64,000 nt of DNA from Tubulanus polymorphus (Eukaryota > Animalia > Nemertea): contig NC_134027.1 in assembly GCF_964204645.1 (NCBI RefSeq), positions 18,810,560-18,874,559 of the forward strand, written 5' to 3'. A program made the translations under genes and the position numbers. Below, in pieces: positions 1-12,793 of this stretch. The notes under the pieces were generated by a model. The model ran no database searches and had not been told where the DNA came from. It was given only the letters and a program-made list of their open reading frames with translations. Position 1 is the first letter of the stretch, and each line of letters begins with the position of its first letter.

Positions 1-6
1 TTGGAT

Positions 7-184
7 TGAAGATTTGAACCTGTGATCTTATATTGAAAATTGTTACATCTGTTACATATCAAATTTTTGAGTTGATTTTTTTGTATAGCTGTTGCATAAT
101 AAAGCTGTTGATCAAATATGGAAGCAGGTGTTAGAGTCAGATAGATTAGTTTCCCTGATTCAAGGGCCAGTTTATAGTAGAACA
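7..184 (+). repeat. BEL-1 5' LTR
   Basis: TGAAGATT...AGAACA; direct repeat of 6149-6356 with a few substitutions and about 30 bp missing near its 3' end. Confidence 0.93.
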
Positions 185-189
185 TAAAA

Positions 190-207
190 TGGTGCCGAAA
201 CCCGGGA
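190..207 (+). promoter_or_regulatory. Primer-binding site, tRNA-Phe
   Basis: TGGTGCCGAAACCCGGGA is the 18-nt complement of the metazoan tRNA-Phe(GAA) 3' end (from recall); 5 nt after the LTR. Confidence 0.9.
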
Positions 208-318
208 ACACAAGAAAACTGTAAAGCGGGCTCATGAAATAGAAATAGAACATCAGAAACAGCAAGTTTAAACATCAGATAATTAGACTTCAGTAACTGC
301 TGACAATATTTCGCAATC

Positions 319-3300
319 ATGGCTGATGTTGATGCAACCGGAATTACTTCAAAACGTGGTTTAGGTGAGCTGAAAAAGCTTAAGAAAATAGAAAAAAGCA
401 CTTTGAGTAGACTCCTAACAAAATTGACAGCAAAGGTCTTAGAAAGTAAAGAAGATACTGATGGTAGTCAAGTATTAGAAATAATAGACAATATTCATGA
501 GAAAAGAGATTTAGTCCTGTCAGTACTAGATGAGTTAGAACAACTCCACTTAACAGAAAACAACAGTAAAGGCGTTCAGAATATTCAAGCTGAAGCAGAA
601 GAGGTTTTTAATTCAACAGAATATGAAATAGAAAAGGCTCGCTCTCTGTTATTGAATCGGTCGGTCAATGAATCTAATGACACGAGTAAAAAGAAAACGT
701 CCACTCCAAGAAAGAGAATTAGCCTTGAAGAAGATGAATCGTCGGTTACGGCAGCTGTTTCCAAACTTGAACGCATAAAAGTTCCTGTATTTGATGGAAA
801 TAAGTTGACATTCGACAGTTACTGGACGGCCTTCGTGAACGTAGTTGACAGTACAGATGAACCAGCAGCTAATAAAATGCTACGGTTGATGAACTCGTTG
901 AAAGGAAAAGCTATTGATACCATAAAGGGTTTCAGTTATAGCTAAGAGGAATACGAAGCGGCAAAAAAGTTACTCGTTCAGAAGTTCGGTGGTGATCGAA
1001 GGAAACTACAGGGATATTTAGATGAATTGGAAAAGTCAGAAAAGCCGTCAGTTTATGATATCGACAAATTAGAAATATTGTCGGATAATCTCGTCGTTGC
1101 ATTAGCAAAATTGAAAGCTGGAGGAAAAGGTGATGATCTCGGTGATGGTGCTTGGTATAGCATTGTATCTCGAAAGATTCCTGAGATATTGCTTGTACAG
1201 TACTATGACTGGTTAAGCTCGAGATCATGTGACGAAGGTCTAGCTTCCTTAAGTGAATGGTTTTCAGAAGTCGTTGCGCGAAAGGTGAAAGCTCGTGAAG
1301 CAGTTAAGGGTCTTCATGGAGTATCAAATGATTCGAAGACTGTTGATAGAAAATTACCGAATAAACGTAGTGGTACCTTCGTGGGTAATTCAGTAAAATG
1401 TAGCGTGTGTGGAATGGATCACACTGAAGTAAAATGCGACCGTTTCCGAAAGATGAAAATCGATGAACGTTGGACTACTGCAAAAAGGCTTGGTTTATGT
1501 TTTCGATGTTTACGTCCGTATCACCGTGGTTCGGATTGTAATAGTAGACGACAGTGTGGAGTATCTGGCTGTACTCTAACACACAGTTCGATGTTGCATC
1601 GACCGAAGTTTAAGAAATCAGAAACTTATGATTGGGAAAATAAAGATGATGAAACTACAGATCAAGAAACTATCCAGTCGTCATTAGAAACTGACGTAAA
1701 AAAGAATGGTTCGTTTATGGCGAAGCAGATATATGCTATAGATAGTTCAGTGAACGTTGGAATGAGAACTCTTCCTATCTATATTGGTGATGGTCATGAT
1801 AAACGTCAGATAATAGTTCTTCTAGATGAGTGCAGTGACATTAGTTACCTCAGTACTCACGCTGTATCGCATATGCGTAATTTGAAATATAACAATGAAG
1901 CTTTGACGGTTAAATTATTCGATGGTTCGGAAATTTCAACGAAATCGAAAGTTTGTGATGTAAACATAAGACATTACAACGGTTCAGATAAAATCTTAGC
2001 CACGCAGCGATTTTACGTAGTGGATAACGTTTGTGACAGTGTGGTGTCGGTTGCATGGTCGAAGATACGTAATCGGTGGACACATCTACAAGGTATACCC
2101 TTTCCAGATGTTGGTGTTAATTCTACAGTTGAGGGAATACTTGGAAAAGATTGTAGACATCTACTGTACTGTTTGAAAGAAATATGTGGTCCAAATCCGT
2201 CGGATCCAATCGCTCGTCTTTGCCCGCTCGGTTGGACGTGTATCGGTAACAATGTAAATCAGTCACATAACGTGAAGAAACAGACTCATGTAATCTGTCA
2301 AACGATTTTGGCTAATCGTGAAAATCCGAATGAAGAAGAAATTTCGTTAGATTCTACCCTAAAAGCGTTTTGGGAGATAGAAAGCGTTTTGGTCTCGATG
2401 AATCAAGATCCAAATTATCTGTTGACGAAGAAATAGCTCAGAAAAAGCTTGAGCAATCGTTGAAGTTCGACGGCAAGCGTTATGAAATTGGCGTTCCTTG
2501 GAAGGATGAAAGTCCCTATCTGGAAAATAATCAGTCAGTAGCGTTGAACAGACTTAAATTATTAATGAAGAAAATTGATTCCAATCCGGACATCAAAAAA
2601 TCGTATGAAGAAACAATCGCAGAATACCTGACCAAAGATTATATCGAATTCAAAGGTCCGTTAAAATCGTTCGAAAATGTTGATGCATGGTATTTACCTC
2701 ATTTTCCGATAGTTAAGCCAGATAGAGAAACAACAAAAGTACGTATCGTATTTGATGGATCGTCGAAGTACAATGGAAAAAGTCCCAACTCCGAAGCTTA
2801 TGCCGGACCGAAACTTCAAGCTGATTTATTTGAAGTTTTGATTCATTCAGAAGTGGACTCATAGCTATGGGTGCAGATCTTTCACAGATGTATTTGCAAA
2901 TAGAAATGAAGCCAGAAGATCGAAAGTATCATAGATTTCTCTGGAAAAATCAGATATCCGGTGAAATTGAAGTCTATGAATTTAAAAGGCATGTATTCGG
3001 TGGAACATACTCTCCTTGCTGTGCTCAGTATGTATGGCAGACTCATGCGAAAATGAAGAAAGAAGTTTATCCCCTTGCAGCTGATGCAGTTGATTCGAAA
3101 ACATACATGGATGACATCATTTGTTCAATGGATGACCCAGATGTTGCCATAGCCACCAGACAAGAGTTAACGGCTTTGGCTACAGATGGAGGATTTCATT
3201 ATAGAAAATGGATGTCAAATGACAGAACTGTCTTAGAAGATATTCCGGAATCCGATAGATTGAAGATTCAAGACAATTTGCTAAAAACCAAAGTTCTGGG

Positions 3301-5614
3301 TGTCTACTGGAAAGCAGAATCAGACACATTTGAATATCAAGTTAACGTACCAGAATACCACGACAGTATAACGAAACGTGAAGTTCTCAGTCATATCGCT
3401 CGGATATTTGACCCAATGGGACTTAAAACACCTTAAGTCCTTGAAGCGAAAATCATTCTGCAAGAAACCTGGCTGAAAGGACTCGAATGGGATGAGATTC
3501 TTACGTCACAATTACGTCAGAAATGGAAATTGTGGTGTGAAGATTTGTCATTGATCTCATGTCTCCACATACCAAGATGTTTGAAGACTCGAAAAGATGT
3601 AAAATCGTTGACTTTACATACATTCGGTGATGCTTCGATTAGAGCTTACTCCACAGCAGTGTATCAGTTAACTACATATGAAGATGGTTCAGTTACTGTC
3701 ACGCTAGTTACTGCAAAATCGAAGTTGGCTCCAACAAAGAGTATTTCAATTCCGAAGCTAGAGTTAATGGCTGCGGAAATTGGTATGCAGTTGACATGAC
3801 GAGTATGTAAAGTGCTGAAATTACCAATAGAAGAAGCTACTTTCTGGAGCGACTCTTATGATGTTTTGTTCTGGTTAAGAGGAGAAAGTCGAAGCTACAA
3901 GACTTTTGTTTCAAATCGTGTTGGTAAAATTCATGAAGTTACCTCTCCGTCTCAGTGGAGATACGTACCAACAAGCTGTAATCCGGCAGATGTCGCGTCA
4001 AGAGGCTGCAGTATAGTTCGGTTGAAAGATGAAGAGTTATGGTGGCACGGACCACAATTTCTATGTGATAACTCAGACTCGTGGCCAGAAACAGAGATCA
4101 AAATATCATCCAAAGCAATGGATGAAATTCGTAAAGATTGGAGGGATTATATTACTCATGAAACAGTCGAAAATCCAGACACAGAAAAACCTACTGGGTT
4201 TATGATTCGTGCATTGGATTTAAAAGTCGAAAATACAGAAAATCGCAAAGAAAATGATGAACTGAAAGCAGCGGAAGTAGAGTTAGTGAAAGTAGGTCAA
4301 AGAGAAGCTTTCAGTGAAGAAATAGTAGCATTAGAAAAGAAGAAACATGTATTACTCAGTAGTAAAATCGCAGGGTTGAACCCATACCTGGACGAAAATG
4401 GAGTTCTTCGATCGCGAGTCGAAAGATGCGAATTATTACCGGAAGAAACAAAATTTCCGATAATTCTGTCAAAGTCGAGTGACATTACAAGACTTTTGAT
4501 AGTACAGGCACATGATGATACTGCACATAGTGTAGGACCAGTACATATTCTTAACACTCTTCGTAGAAAATATCTGATTTTACAAGGGTCGACTGCGGTT
4601 AAGAAAATCGTAAACAACTGTGCGTATTGTCTTAGATGGTTACAAAAGAAGCGTCTCAGTTAACAGATGGCTCCTCTGCCTAGTATTCGAGTAAACCCAT
4701 CATGGAATGTGTTTTCAGAAATCGGTCTGGATTTCGCGGGTCCGTTTTCAGTTAAGATGGGCAGAGGTCGTACTAGGGCGAAAAGAAATCTCCTTTTGAT
4801 GGTCGATCTGCAAGTCAGAGCGGTACATCTCGAAGCTACTGATAGCCTGGATACAGATTCGTTCCTTTGCGCATTCTCAAGATTTGCGGCGAGGCGTGGG
4901 TGGCCTAAAAGATGCTTATCAGATAACGGTGGAAGTTTCGTTTCAGGAGAATCAGAGTTGAAGGAGCTCGTCGATTGTCTTGATAGTCTTGATCAAGATA
5001 AGATATCGAATAACTTAGCGAATAACGGAGTAAACTGGATTTGGAATCCACCTGTTAGTCCACATTTCGGTGGTGTATTTGAAACAATGATTAAAGCCGC
5101 AAAGCGTTTGATAAAAGCAATAATCGGAGGTAGCGAATTAAACGATGAGCAGTTTCGTACAGTCGTTACGTTAGTTGAAGGACTAATGAACTCGAGACCG
5201 TTGGTTGGTCAAGATATAAATGAACCTATGTTGACACCAAATCATTTTATCGTGGGACGAGTCAGCGGAGATACTGCGCCGAGTAGTGTAGACTGCATTC
5301 CGTTCAATTTGCGTAACAAGTGGCGACATAGTCAGGAAGTCGTTCGTCAGTTTTGGGGTAGGTGGATCCAAGAGATTCTACCCCAGTTGAGCGCGAGAAA
5401 GAAATGGTTGTCTCCAAATCAGAACATTGCGAACGGAGATATTGTGTTAGTTATCGATAAGGATCTTCCAAGGCGGCAGTGGAAATTGGGAGAAATCAAA
5501 TCGGTCTATCCAGGAAAAGATGGATTAATTCGTGTTGTTGATGTTGAAATCTCGAAAAAGGTTTATAAGCGTTCCATAGGCAACATCTGTCCTCTGGAAT
5601 TTAATTCAAAATAA
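319..5614 (+). pseudogene. BEL-1 gag-pol polyprotein, disrupted
   Basis: DUF1759-like FDGNKLTFDSYW, Cys/His knuckles (CFRCLRPYH...C...H), protease-like LLDECS, RT TYMDD, RNase H FGDAS, integrase GLDFAGP/SDNG/GGVFE. In-frame stops at 943, 3434, 3797, 4661; frameshifts near 2390 and 2845. Confidence 0.93.
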
Positions 5615-6137
5615 TATCAGTTATGCGTTGTATAAACAGTGAAACAATCATTCGAAAGGAAAAACCGAATTTGATGCGTAATTCATTCGTTGGTTGGAAT
5701 TAGAAATCAGCAAACATATATTGTCGCATAAATATGTTTGATTACTCACCGAAGAGTAATTTGTGTTAAAAGTCAATTTTGAGATTATCTAGTCTCAATA
5801 ATTCGTTTGCGGTTCGCGTGTTGCGTTGAAAGTTGAACATTAGATTTGTGTGACTACATTGTATTTAGATAATTGAGTTTAAGTGAAAATTGTTTTAAGT
5901 ATATGCTGCACATATAGAAATAGATTTAGATATAATTCATATACAAATCTTGGTAAAATTACAAAGAATCATTCCAATTAATGTATATTACAAGTGTTAA
6001 GTTTAGTAATTTCTTCAGAAAATTTATAGAAATAGTTTAGTTCTTAAAAGTTCAACATTAAGCTATAGTTAAGTTAGATTTTGTTTAATTTAGTGGATAT
6101 AGACTTAAGAGTAATTAAAGAGACAGGATGTCACTTT

Positions 6138-6148
6138 AGGGGGCAGGA
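6138..6148 (+). promoter_or_regulatory. BEL-1 polypurine tract
   Basis: AGGGGGCAGGA directly before the 3' LTR TG. Confidence 0.85.
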
Positions 6149-6356
6149 TGAAGATTCAAACCTGTGATCTTATATTGAAAATTGTTACATCTGTTACATA
6201 TCAAATTGTTGAGTTGATTTTTTTGTATAGCTGTTGCATAATAAAGTTGTTGATCAAATATGGAAGCAGGTGTTAGAGTCAGATAGATTAGTTTCCCTGA
6301 TTCAAGGGTTATAGTTTTATAGTTTAAACGCCAGGACCCGAGGATAAACAAGAACA
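6149..6356 (+). repeat. BEL-1 3' LTR
   Basis: TGAAGATTC...AGAACA followed by TSD TGGAT; contains AATAAA. Confidence 0.93.
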
Positions 6357-6437
6357 TGGATTGAATTCAAATGATGGGAGAAGACTGACTTTTTACAGAT
6401 AATTAGATGAAAATAAGGACGGAAAATATCAAGAAAA

Positions 6438-7003
6438 CTAGGGGTCCAGGGACACCATGCCCACTTGGGAAGTGGTTTCAAATGCTCAACAATCTAACAA
6501 TTTCAATTTTCAACGCCCCCTGGTGACCATATACAAAAACCAATGACCTTGAAACTCACCACAATCATAGAACATGTCAGCAGCTACGATTTTGTAATTG
6601 ACTGTGATAACAAAATATACCTTCTAACAAATTTAATAAGGAAATACTAAGTGAATCTACTATTCAACGCCCCCCTGGTGACCATATTCAAAACCCAACA
6701 ACCTTGCAACTCACCACAATCATTAAAAACCTTAAAAAGTTCCCTCAAAAATTTCAAAACGTGTAAAAAGTGATTTCGGTGAACAACAATGGCTGCCAGA
6801 GGGCCATCTTGATTCTGACAGGGGCTAGTTTTTGAGCTAAAGATGTGTCTAAGGTAGATACATGCATAAGCCAAATATCAAGACATTACCTAGAAGCATC
6901 TTCAAAACTTCCCAAAATAACTGGATTCCGTCTACGGACGACGGACGAAAAGTGAACACAATAGCCCAAGTCCCAAGTCCTAAAGTCCCAAGTGGGCTAA
7001 AAA
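6438..7003 (-). mobile_element. Helentron-associated (HINE/DINE-1/pearl-like) non-autonomous element, family 1 copy A
   Basis: Subterminal inverted repeats GCCCACTTGGGA (6459-6470) and TCCCAAGTGGGC (6986-6997); terminal GTCC/GGAC mini-hairpin; GGAC microsatellite; internal ~145-150 bp repeats (CAACGCCCCCTGGTGACCATAT...); A-run flanks. Confidence 0.75.
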
Positions 7004-7091
7004 TGGCTTTTTTCGAATTATGAATGGAAATGCATATGCCTACCTAAGTTTTTGGCAGAATTTCAGAGAATCCTTGCTCCAAGTAATCAAA

Positions 7092-8988
7092 CTAGGGTCC
7101 AGGGACACCATGCCCACTTGGAAAGTGGTTTCAAATGCTCAACAATCTAACAATTTCAATATTCAACGCCACCCGGTGACCATATACAAAAACCAATGAC
7201 CTTGAAACTCACTACATTTATAGAACATGTCAGCAGCTACGATTTTGTAATTGATTGTGATAACAAAATATGCCTCGCTACCAATTTAATATGGACATAC
7301 TAAGTTATTCTACAATTCAACGCCCCCTGGTGACCATATGCAAAACCCAATGACCTTGTAACTCACCACAATCATAGAACATGTCATGATCTACAACTTT
7401 GCAATTGATCATGGTAACAAAATATGCCTAGACGTATCGGCCCCACTCCGCGCGGTTGCGCCACCGCGCAGGATTTACGCGAAGCAGCAAACACAAACAT
7501 GGCCACTCTCTCAATTTTCAATGATAGAAATCGTGTGTGCATTTCAATTATTTCGGCTGTTAGGGTTTTAAGGCACAACATAAGTTGATGATGTGATATG
7601 GCAATGTTAATTAATGATAATTCCGCAGTGAAGCTAGTCACGAACGGTGCCGATTGAGTGTACAGCTGCCAAAAACACTGAAATGTGCGTAGTTGCGTAA
7701 CTATTTGCAGTGAATTGCAGACGAAACATGAAGCCTTAACGGCCATTTAAAAAAAAATTATACCAATCGCAATTGTAAAATAAAAATGAGATAGAACCTA
7801 ATTTAAAATTCTGGCCATTTCTAAAATGTTATTACTAATTCTTAGTCAGTGCCGAACGTTTAGTTTTCCAACAATAATGAGGGGTGGTAGGTAGTCATGC
7901 AATTCAAGTCATCATTTATTACATGTTACTTCCGTGCTGTTGAAAATCTCGCGAGTCCTGGACCAAACCCCATTGAACAATGTGATCTGTGTGCTGGCCA
8001 CAAATGCACACAGATCACACTACACTACCCATTACACACTCCAGTACCCACAGCTTTAATATATCCATCCAAATATTTAGAGTGTCTTTCTTCCTGGGTA
8101 CCACTATAATAAGGAAATACTACGTTATTCTACTATTCAAAGCCCCCTGGTGACCATATAGAATAACAAATGTCCTGAAAACTCACCACAATCATAGACA
8201 ATGTCATGAGCTACAATTTTGCAATTGATTGTGGTAACGAAATATGTATTGGTACAAATATAATATAGAAACACTAAGATATTGTATTATTCAACACCCC
8301 CTGGTGGCCATATACAAAAACAAATGACCTTGGAACTCACCACAATCATAAAACACGCTGTAAGCTACAACTTTCTAATTCATTGTGGTCACAAAACATG
8401 CTTAGGTATCAATATAATGTCGAAAAACTTTTTCCCACCTACGAATGAGTACTAACACCAAGATGGCCGCCAATTGCGTCATAATTGGCTGATCAAAAAT
8501 ACCTGTCTCAGGTATAAAACACCCCTTTCCAAAGAATAACCATTAGCAATTGCAATGAGAAATGGCAAACCAGTAGGAAGCTACAGGACTCAGAATTCGG
8601 GCCAAAATTAACATTTTAGGGCACTAAAAAGGTCCTAGGACGACCATCGTGAGTCCGATCGACCCAATTTTTGTTATGCTGATGGGCCCTGGGGGGTTCG
8701 AATATGAAGGAAAGGTCGAGGCGTCTGCAAAATTTCCCTCAAAAAGTTCAAAACGTGTAAAAAGTGCTGATTTTGGCGAACAACAATGGCTGCCAGTCGG
8801 CCATCTTGATTCTGACAGGGCCAGTTTTTGGGCTGAAGATGTGTCTAGGGTAGATACATGTATAAACCAAATATCACGACATTACCTTGAAGCGCCTTCA
8901 AAACTTCCCAAAATAACTGGATTCGGACGGACAGACAAAAAGTGAACGCAATAGCCCGCTGGAACTTAAGTCCCGAGTCGGCTAAAAA
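7092..8988 (-). mobile_element. HINE-like family 1 copy B
   Basis: Same end boxes as copy A, more core repeats, interrupted by the insertion at 7432-8097. Confidence 0.75.
7432..8097 (-). mobile_element. ~660 bp TIR-less mobile element, copy 1
   Basis: Splits the HINE core repeat GCCTAG|GTACCA; near-identical inverted copy at 17427-18080; GC hairpin GCGCGGT/ACCGCGC near the CTAG end. Confidence 0.85.
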
Positions 8989-9089
8989 TGGTCATTAAAT
9001 TTCTTTACAAACATGATTTCCTGAATTTTAAGGTTATTTTAGGGGCCTGTGGCATCAAAGCCAGAATTTTTGGGTATTTCTCCCCTAAA

Positions 9090-11153
9090 CAAGGGGTCCA
9101 GGGACACCATGCCCACTTGGGAAGTGGTTTCAGATGCTCAACAATCTAACAATTTCAGTATTCAATGCCCATCCAATGACCTTGAAAAAATCTAATGACC
9201 TTGAAACTCACCACAATCATAGTACATTTCAGCAGATACAATTTTGTAATTGATTGTGGTAAAAAATATATGCCTAGGTACCAATATGATATGGAAACAT
9301 GGAAAGTTATACTACCAGACCTGCCAACCTTGTGTCTGACTAAATCAGAACAATTTCATAAATTGTCAGTAATTTTTGAAGTTTTTCAGTAACAAGCATA
9401 CAATACTAAAACACTGTTATACTATTTAAATCATTTTATTAATCAACGAAAAAACAAAAGCGTCTCAGCCCGGATAGCGTCTATGTCAAGACCAGACGAT
9501 GCTGGAGTGAAAAAACGACTTATCTTACATGTTTTTGCGTTAGTCTTATGTTTTTTCATCTCCAAATGACGTTTTATGTCAGTTATACCGCCGTGCGCTA
9601 TCTATGTTTTATTCAAATTATAAGTCACACTAATTACAGCCGAGAACCGATGCGAATGGTTGGCGAAGGGAGATCGTGTTTGCAAATCTTTTATAATTTA
9701 ATTTGTTTATCATCGACCAAATAAATAAAGCAGAATCGTGAATTGATAGACGAATAAAATAACTTCAGTCGGGTTATTGCAAAAAATTCCGCGCTTGCAA
9801 GCAATGTTGATATATGTTACAACAGATGCGCTGTTGTGTTGTACTGTATAAATAGGCGCTAGCGCAGTATACGTTGCCACGGTGACAGCCGGCGCCAGGC
9901 GCGTGTATGTCGGCTCACACCAGCGGTCTGTGTACACAAACTGCTCGCGTGGCGTGCCGATAATTAGTGCCGCTTGAATTTTCCGTAGAACGTAATGAAA
10001 ATAAACTAAAATCGTAATTTTGAACACCCAATCGTAACATCGTAATTTGTAATGTCAATCCGTAACAATTACGGGAAAATCGTAACAGTTGGCAGGTCTG
10101 TACTACTATTCAACGCCCCCTGGTGACCATATGCGAAGCCCAATGACATTGACACTCACCATCATCATAGAACATGTCATAAACTACAACTTTGCAATTG
10201 ATCATGGTAACAAAATATGCCTAGGTACCAATGAAATAAGGAAATACTAAGTTATTCTACTATTCAACGCCCCCTAGTGACCATATAGAATAATTTATTT
10301 CCTTGAAACTTACCACAATCATAGACCATGTCATGAGCTACAACTTTCAAATTGATTGTAGTAGCAAAATATGCATAGATACGAATATAATATAGAAATA
10401 CTAAGTGATTGTATTGTTCAACGCCCCCTGGTGGCCATATACAAAAACCAATGGGCTTGAAACTCATCACGATCATAGAACATGTCATGAGCTACAACTT
10501 TGCAATTGATTGTGGTAACAAAATATGCTTAAGTATCAATATAATGTGGGAAAACCTTTTTCCACCTACGAGTGAGTTCTGATGACACCAACATGGCCGC
10601 CGATTGCCTCATAATTGCCTGATCAAAAATACCTGTCTCGGATTTAAAAGATCTCTTTCCAAAGAATACTCATCACAAATTGCAATGAGAAATGGCAAAC
10701 CAGTAGGAAACTACAGGACTCAGAATTCGGGCCAAAATTTACATTTTTGGGCACTAAAAAGGTCATAAGACGGCCATCTTGAGTGCGATCGACCCAATTT
10801 TCTCTTAAGGTGATGGGCCTTTGGGGGATTGAAATATATACGAAATATCAAGGTAATTGATTTAAGCGTCTTCAAAATTCCCTTCAAAAAGTTCAAAAAT
10901 GTGTAAAAAGTTTTGATTTTGGTGAACAAAGATGACTGCCAGTCGGCCATCTTGAATCTGACAGGGCCAGTTTTTGGGCTGAAGATGTGTCTAGGGTAGA
11001 AACATCTATGAACCAAATATCAAGATATTCCTTGAAGCGTCTTCAAAACTACTCAAAATAACTGGATTCCGTCTCCGGACAGACGGATGGACAGACGAAC
11101 GAAAAGTGAACGCAATAGCCCGCTGGGACTAAAGTCCCAAGTGGGTTAAAAAA
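9090..11153 (-). mobile_element. HINE-like family 1 copy C
   Basis: Same end boxes; (GGAC/AGAC)n at about 11077-11100; interrupted by 9316-10100. Confidence 0.75.
9316..10100. mobile_element. Non-autonomous hAT-like DNA transposon with 6-bp TSD
   Basis: Perfect 13-bp TIR CAGACCTGCCAAC / GTTGGCAGGTCTG; TACTAC duplicated at 9310-9315 and 10101-10106; subterminal CGTAA repeats. Confidence 0.88.
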
Positions 11154-11488
11154 GGAATCCCAAAATTTTAGGGTATTTTAGGGGCTGTAGGAACCATGAC
11201 TTTGATAACAGATGTTTGCCCTGGTGCCGATCTATTTGTCCGACTTCATTCTGACTGCTGCTGCAGCTGGTAACTGGCAGCCAGTGAACGGTATCTCGAT
11301 ATGACAACACCGCCCGATTCAACGAACTACTCTCCCAATTAGAGAGGACCCAGTTTTAGTCGTTGTTTAGGACCCGATTCAACTACTGCCAGGCCTGGTT
11401 CCTCTCAACGGTATGCTACAGGTTAAACTCATAAACTTATCGTCAGGCCCTGTTGTGTTGATCGAAGTTGTCTCTTTTGCACCGTGGA

Positions 11489-12575
11489 TAGGTATGTTCA
11501 TATCTGAGCAGTGCACCACTATCGATTGTGACGACCATTATTGATTAGGATTAAGTGTGATGCGCGTTTTGACATCGCGTAGTAAAATCATTCATAAAAA
11601 CTGTCTATCAATGCAAATGAGCTAACATCTATTGCAATCAACCAATAAGATCGATCTTTATCACTTGGGGGTTTAATTAGCGTATAAATGCGCATTTTAG
11701 TCAAAGGAAATAGAAATCGAAAAATACCCTTATTCAAGAACAAAATAAGCGACGAATCATCAGGAATCGGAAGGTTTAGGATCTTAAAATTCAAATACTG
11801 AAGACCGCATGATTTTATTTTGTGTCGGGGCTGAGTGATCGCTGCCGGAAAAGTCGATGTCTAAGTTTTCGTTGAAGCGAGCGATACAAAATGGCGACCG
11901 GCACTTGTTATTGAATGACGATGCGCCGTGCTGCTAGCAGTGAGATCAATATTTAATAATGTGAGATCAATAAATTTATTACTGATATAATATGATTTCA
12001 AGTGTTAAAATCGATAAGGAATAGATAAATATGATATATTTCATGTCATCTCGGTTGATCTCGGTAAAATACATCATCTCGGTAATAGGCCTAAGGTAAA
12101 ATACTTCATCTCGGTAATAAGGAGGACCGCTATATTTCTGAATATTAGGGATATTAGATCTGTAAAAAAGTTTTTTGCGCACGCGAACCGCCACTACGCT
12201 CCTGTCAGTAAAGCGGCTGTTGAAGCGTCTAATGGGATGAATTGAGGCTTGTGATGGGCAAAAATAGAGGCGCGTGATGGGACAATGAGGCTCCCGAGGG
12301 TATTTCCCAAAAGCAGAAAAATTGAACTATATATGAAATATTGTTGAAATCTAGGTCGGTAAAAGTGCAGATCCGCACCTCTCCACGTAAACGGTTCAAT
12401 CAATTACATTGTTTCAGATTTAAAATGTCATCAGCAATTCAGTACATTGCCATTGGTTAATTTTAAATCTTCACTAGAAAGATTTTAGCCTGGTTTCTGT
12501 CATTCAGTAGCACGAGAGGTGCGGATTTGCACTTTTACCTCTTCTAGCTAGGTCAAAACAAAACAAACGGATTTA
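11489..12575 (+). repeat. Unclassified interspersed repeat, copy 1
   Basis: TAGGTATGTTCAT...CAAAACAAAACAAA recurs as a direct repeat at 14085-14835, with a differing middle segment. Confidence 0.8.
12351..12547. mobile_element. Small MITE
   Basis: 26-bp inverted repeats GGTAAAAGTGCAGATCCGCACCTCTC (12358-12383) and 12514-12539; CTAG at both boundaries; absent from the sister repeat at about 14810. Confidence 0.75.
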
Positions 12576-12602
12576 GGTAAGATTCAAGAATAGGGGACTA
12601 GT

Positions 12603-12643
12603 GGTTAGGATTAGGGTTAGGATTAGGGTTAGGGTTAGGTTTA
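12603..12643 (+). repeat. Short degenerate (TTAGGG)n tract
   Basis: ggttaggattagggttaggattagggttagggttaggtttag. Confidence 0.8.
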
Positions 12644-12793
12644 GTTCCCTAATCATCATTAATTACTATATAAATTACTATCATTATATATCATCATTAT
12701 CAATTACTAATATTATTACTTGGTGCGATTCAAGAATAGGGGACTATAGCAATCATTAGTATTATTGCAATTAGGCCTATATTGCTCATTTTC

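Larger units (their letters stand above)
7..6356 (+). mobile_element. Full-length, degenerate BEL/Pao LTR retrotransposon (BEL-1)
   Basis: TG...CA LTRs at 7-184 and 6149-6356; 5-bp TSD TGGAT at 2-6 and 6357-6361; PBS, PPT and gag-PR-RT-RH-IN order present. Confidence 0.96.

Noticed and set aside
943-945. Programmed readthrough in BEL-1 gag
   Set aside because: The stop falls mid-domain and the element has several other stops and frameshifts, so decay is the simpler explanation.
6500-10560. Regularly spaced CAACGCCCCCTGGTGACCATAT as a CRISPR array or CTCF-site cluster
   Set aside because: The intervening sequence is also repeated (whole ~147-bp monomers, no unique spacers), there are no cas genes, and the context is eukaryotic TE. 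The CTCF-like resemblance cannot be supported from sequence alone.
12603-12643. Telomere or chromosome-fusion scar
   Set aside because: Only about 7 degenerate units, no head-to-head arrangement, and embedded among repeats.
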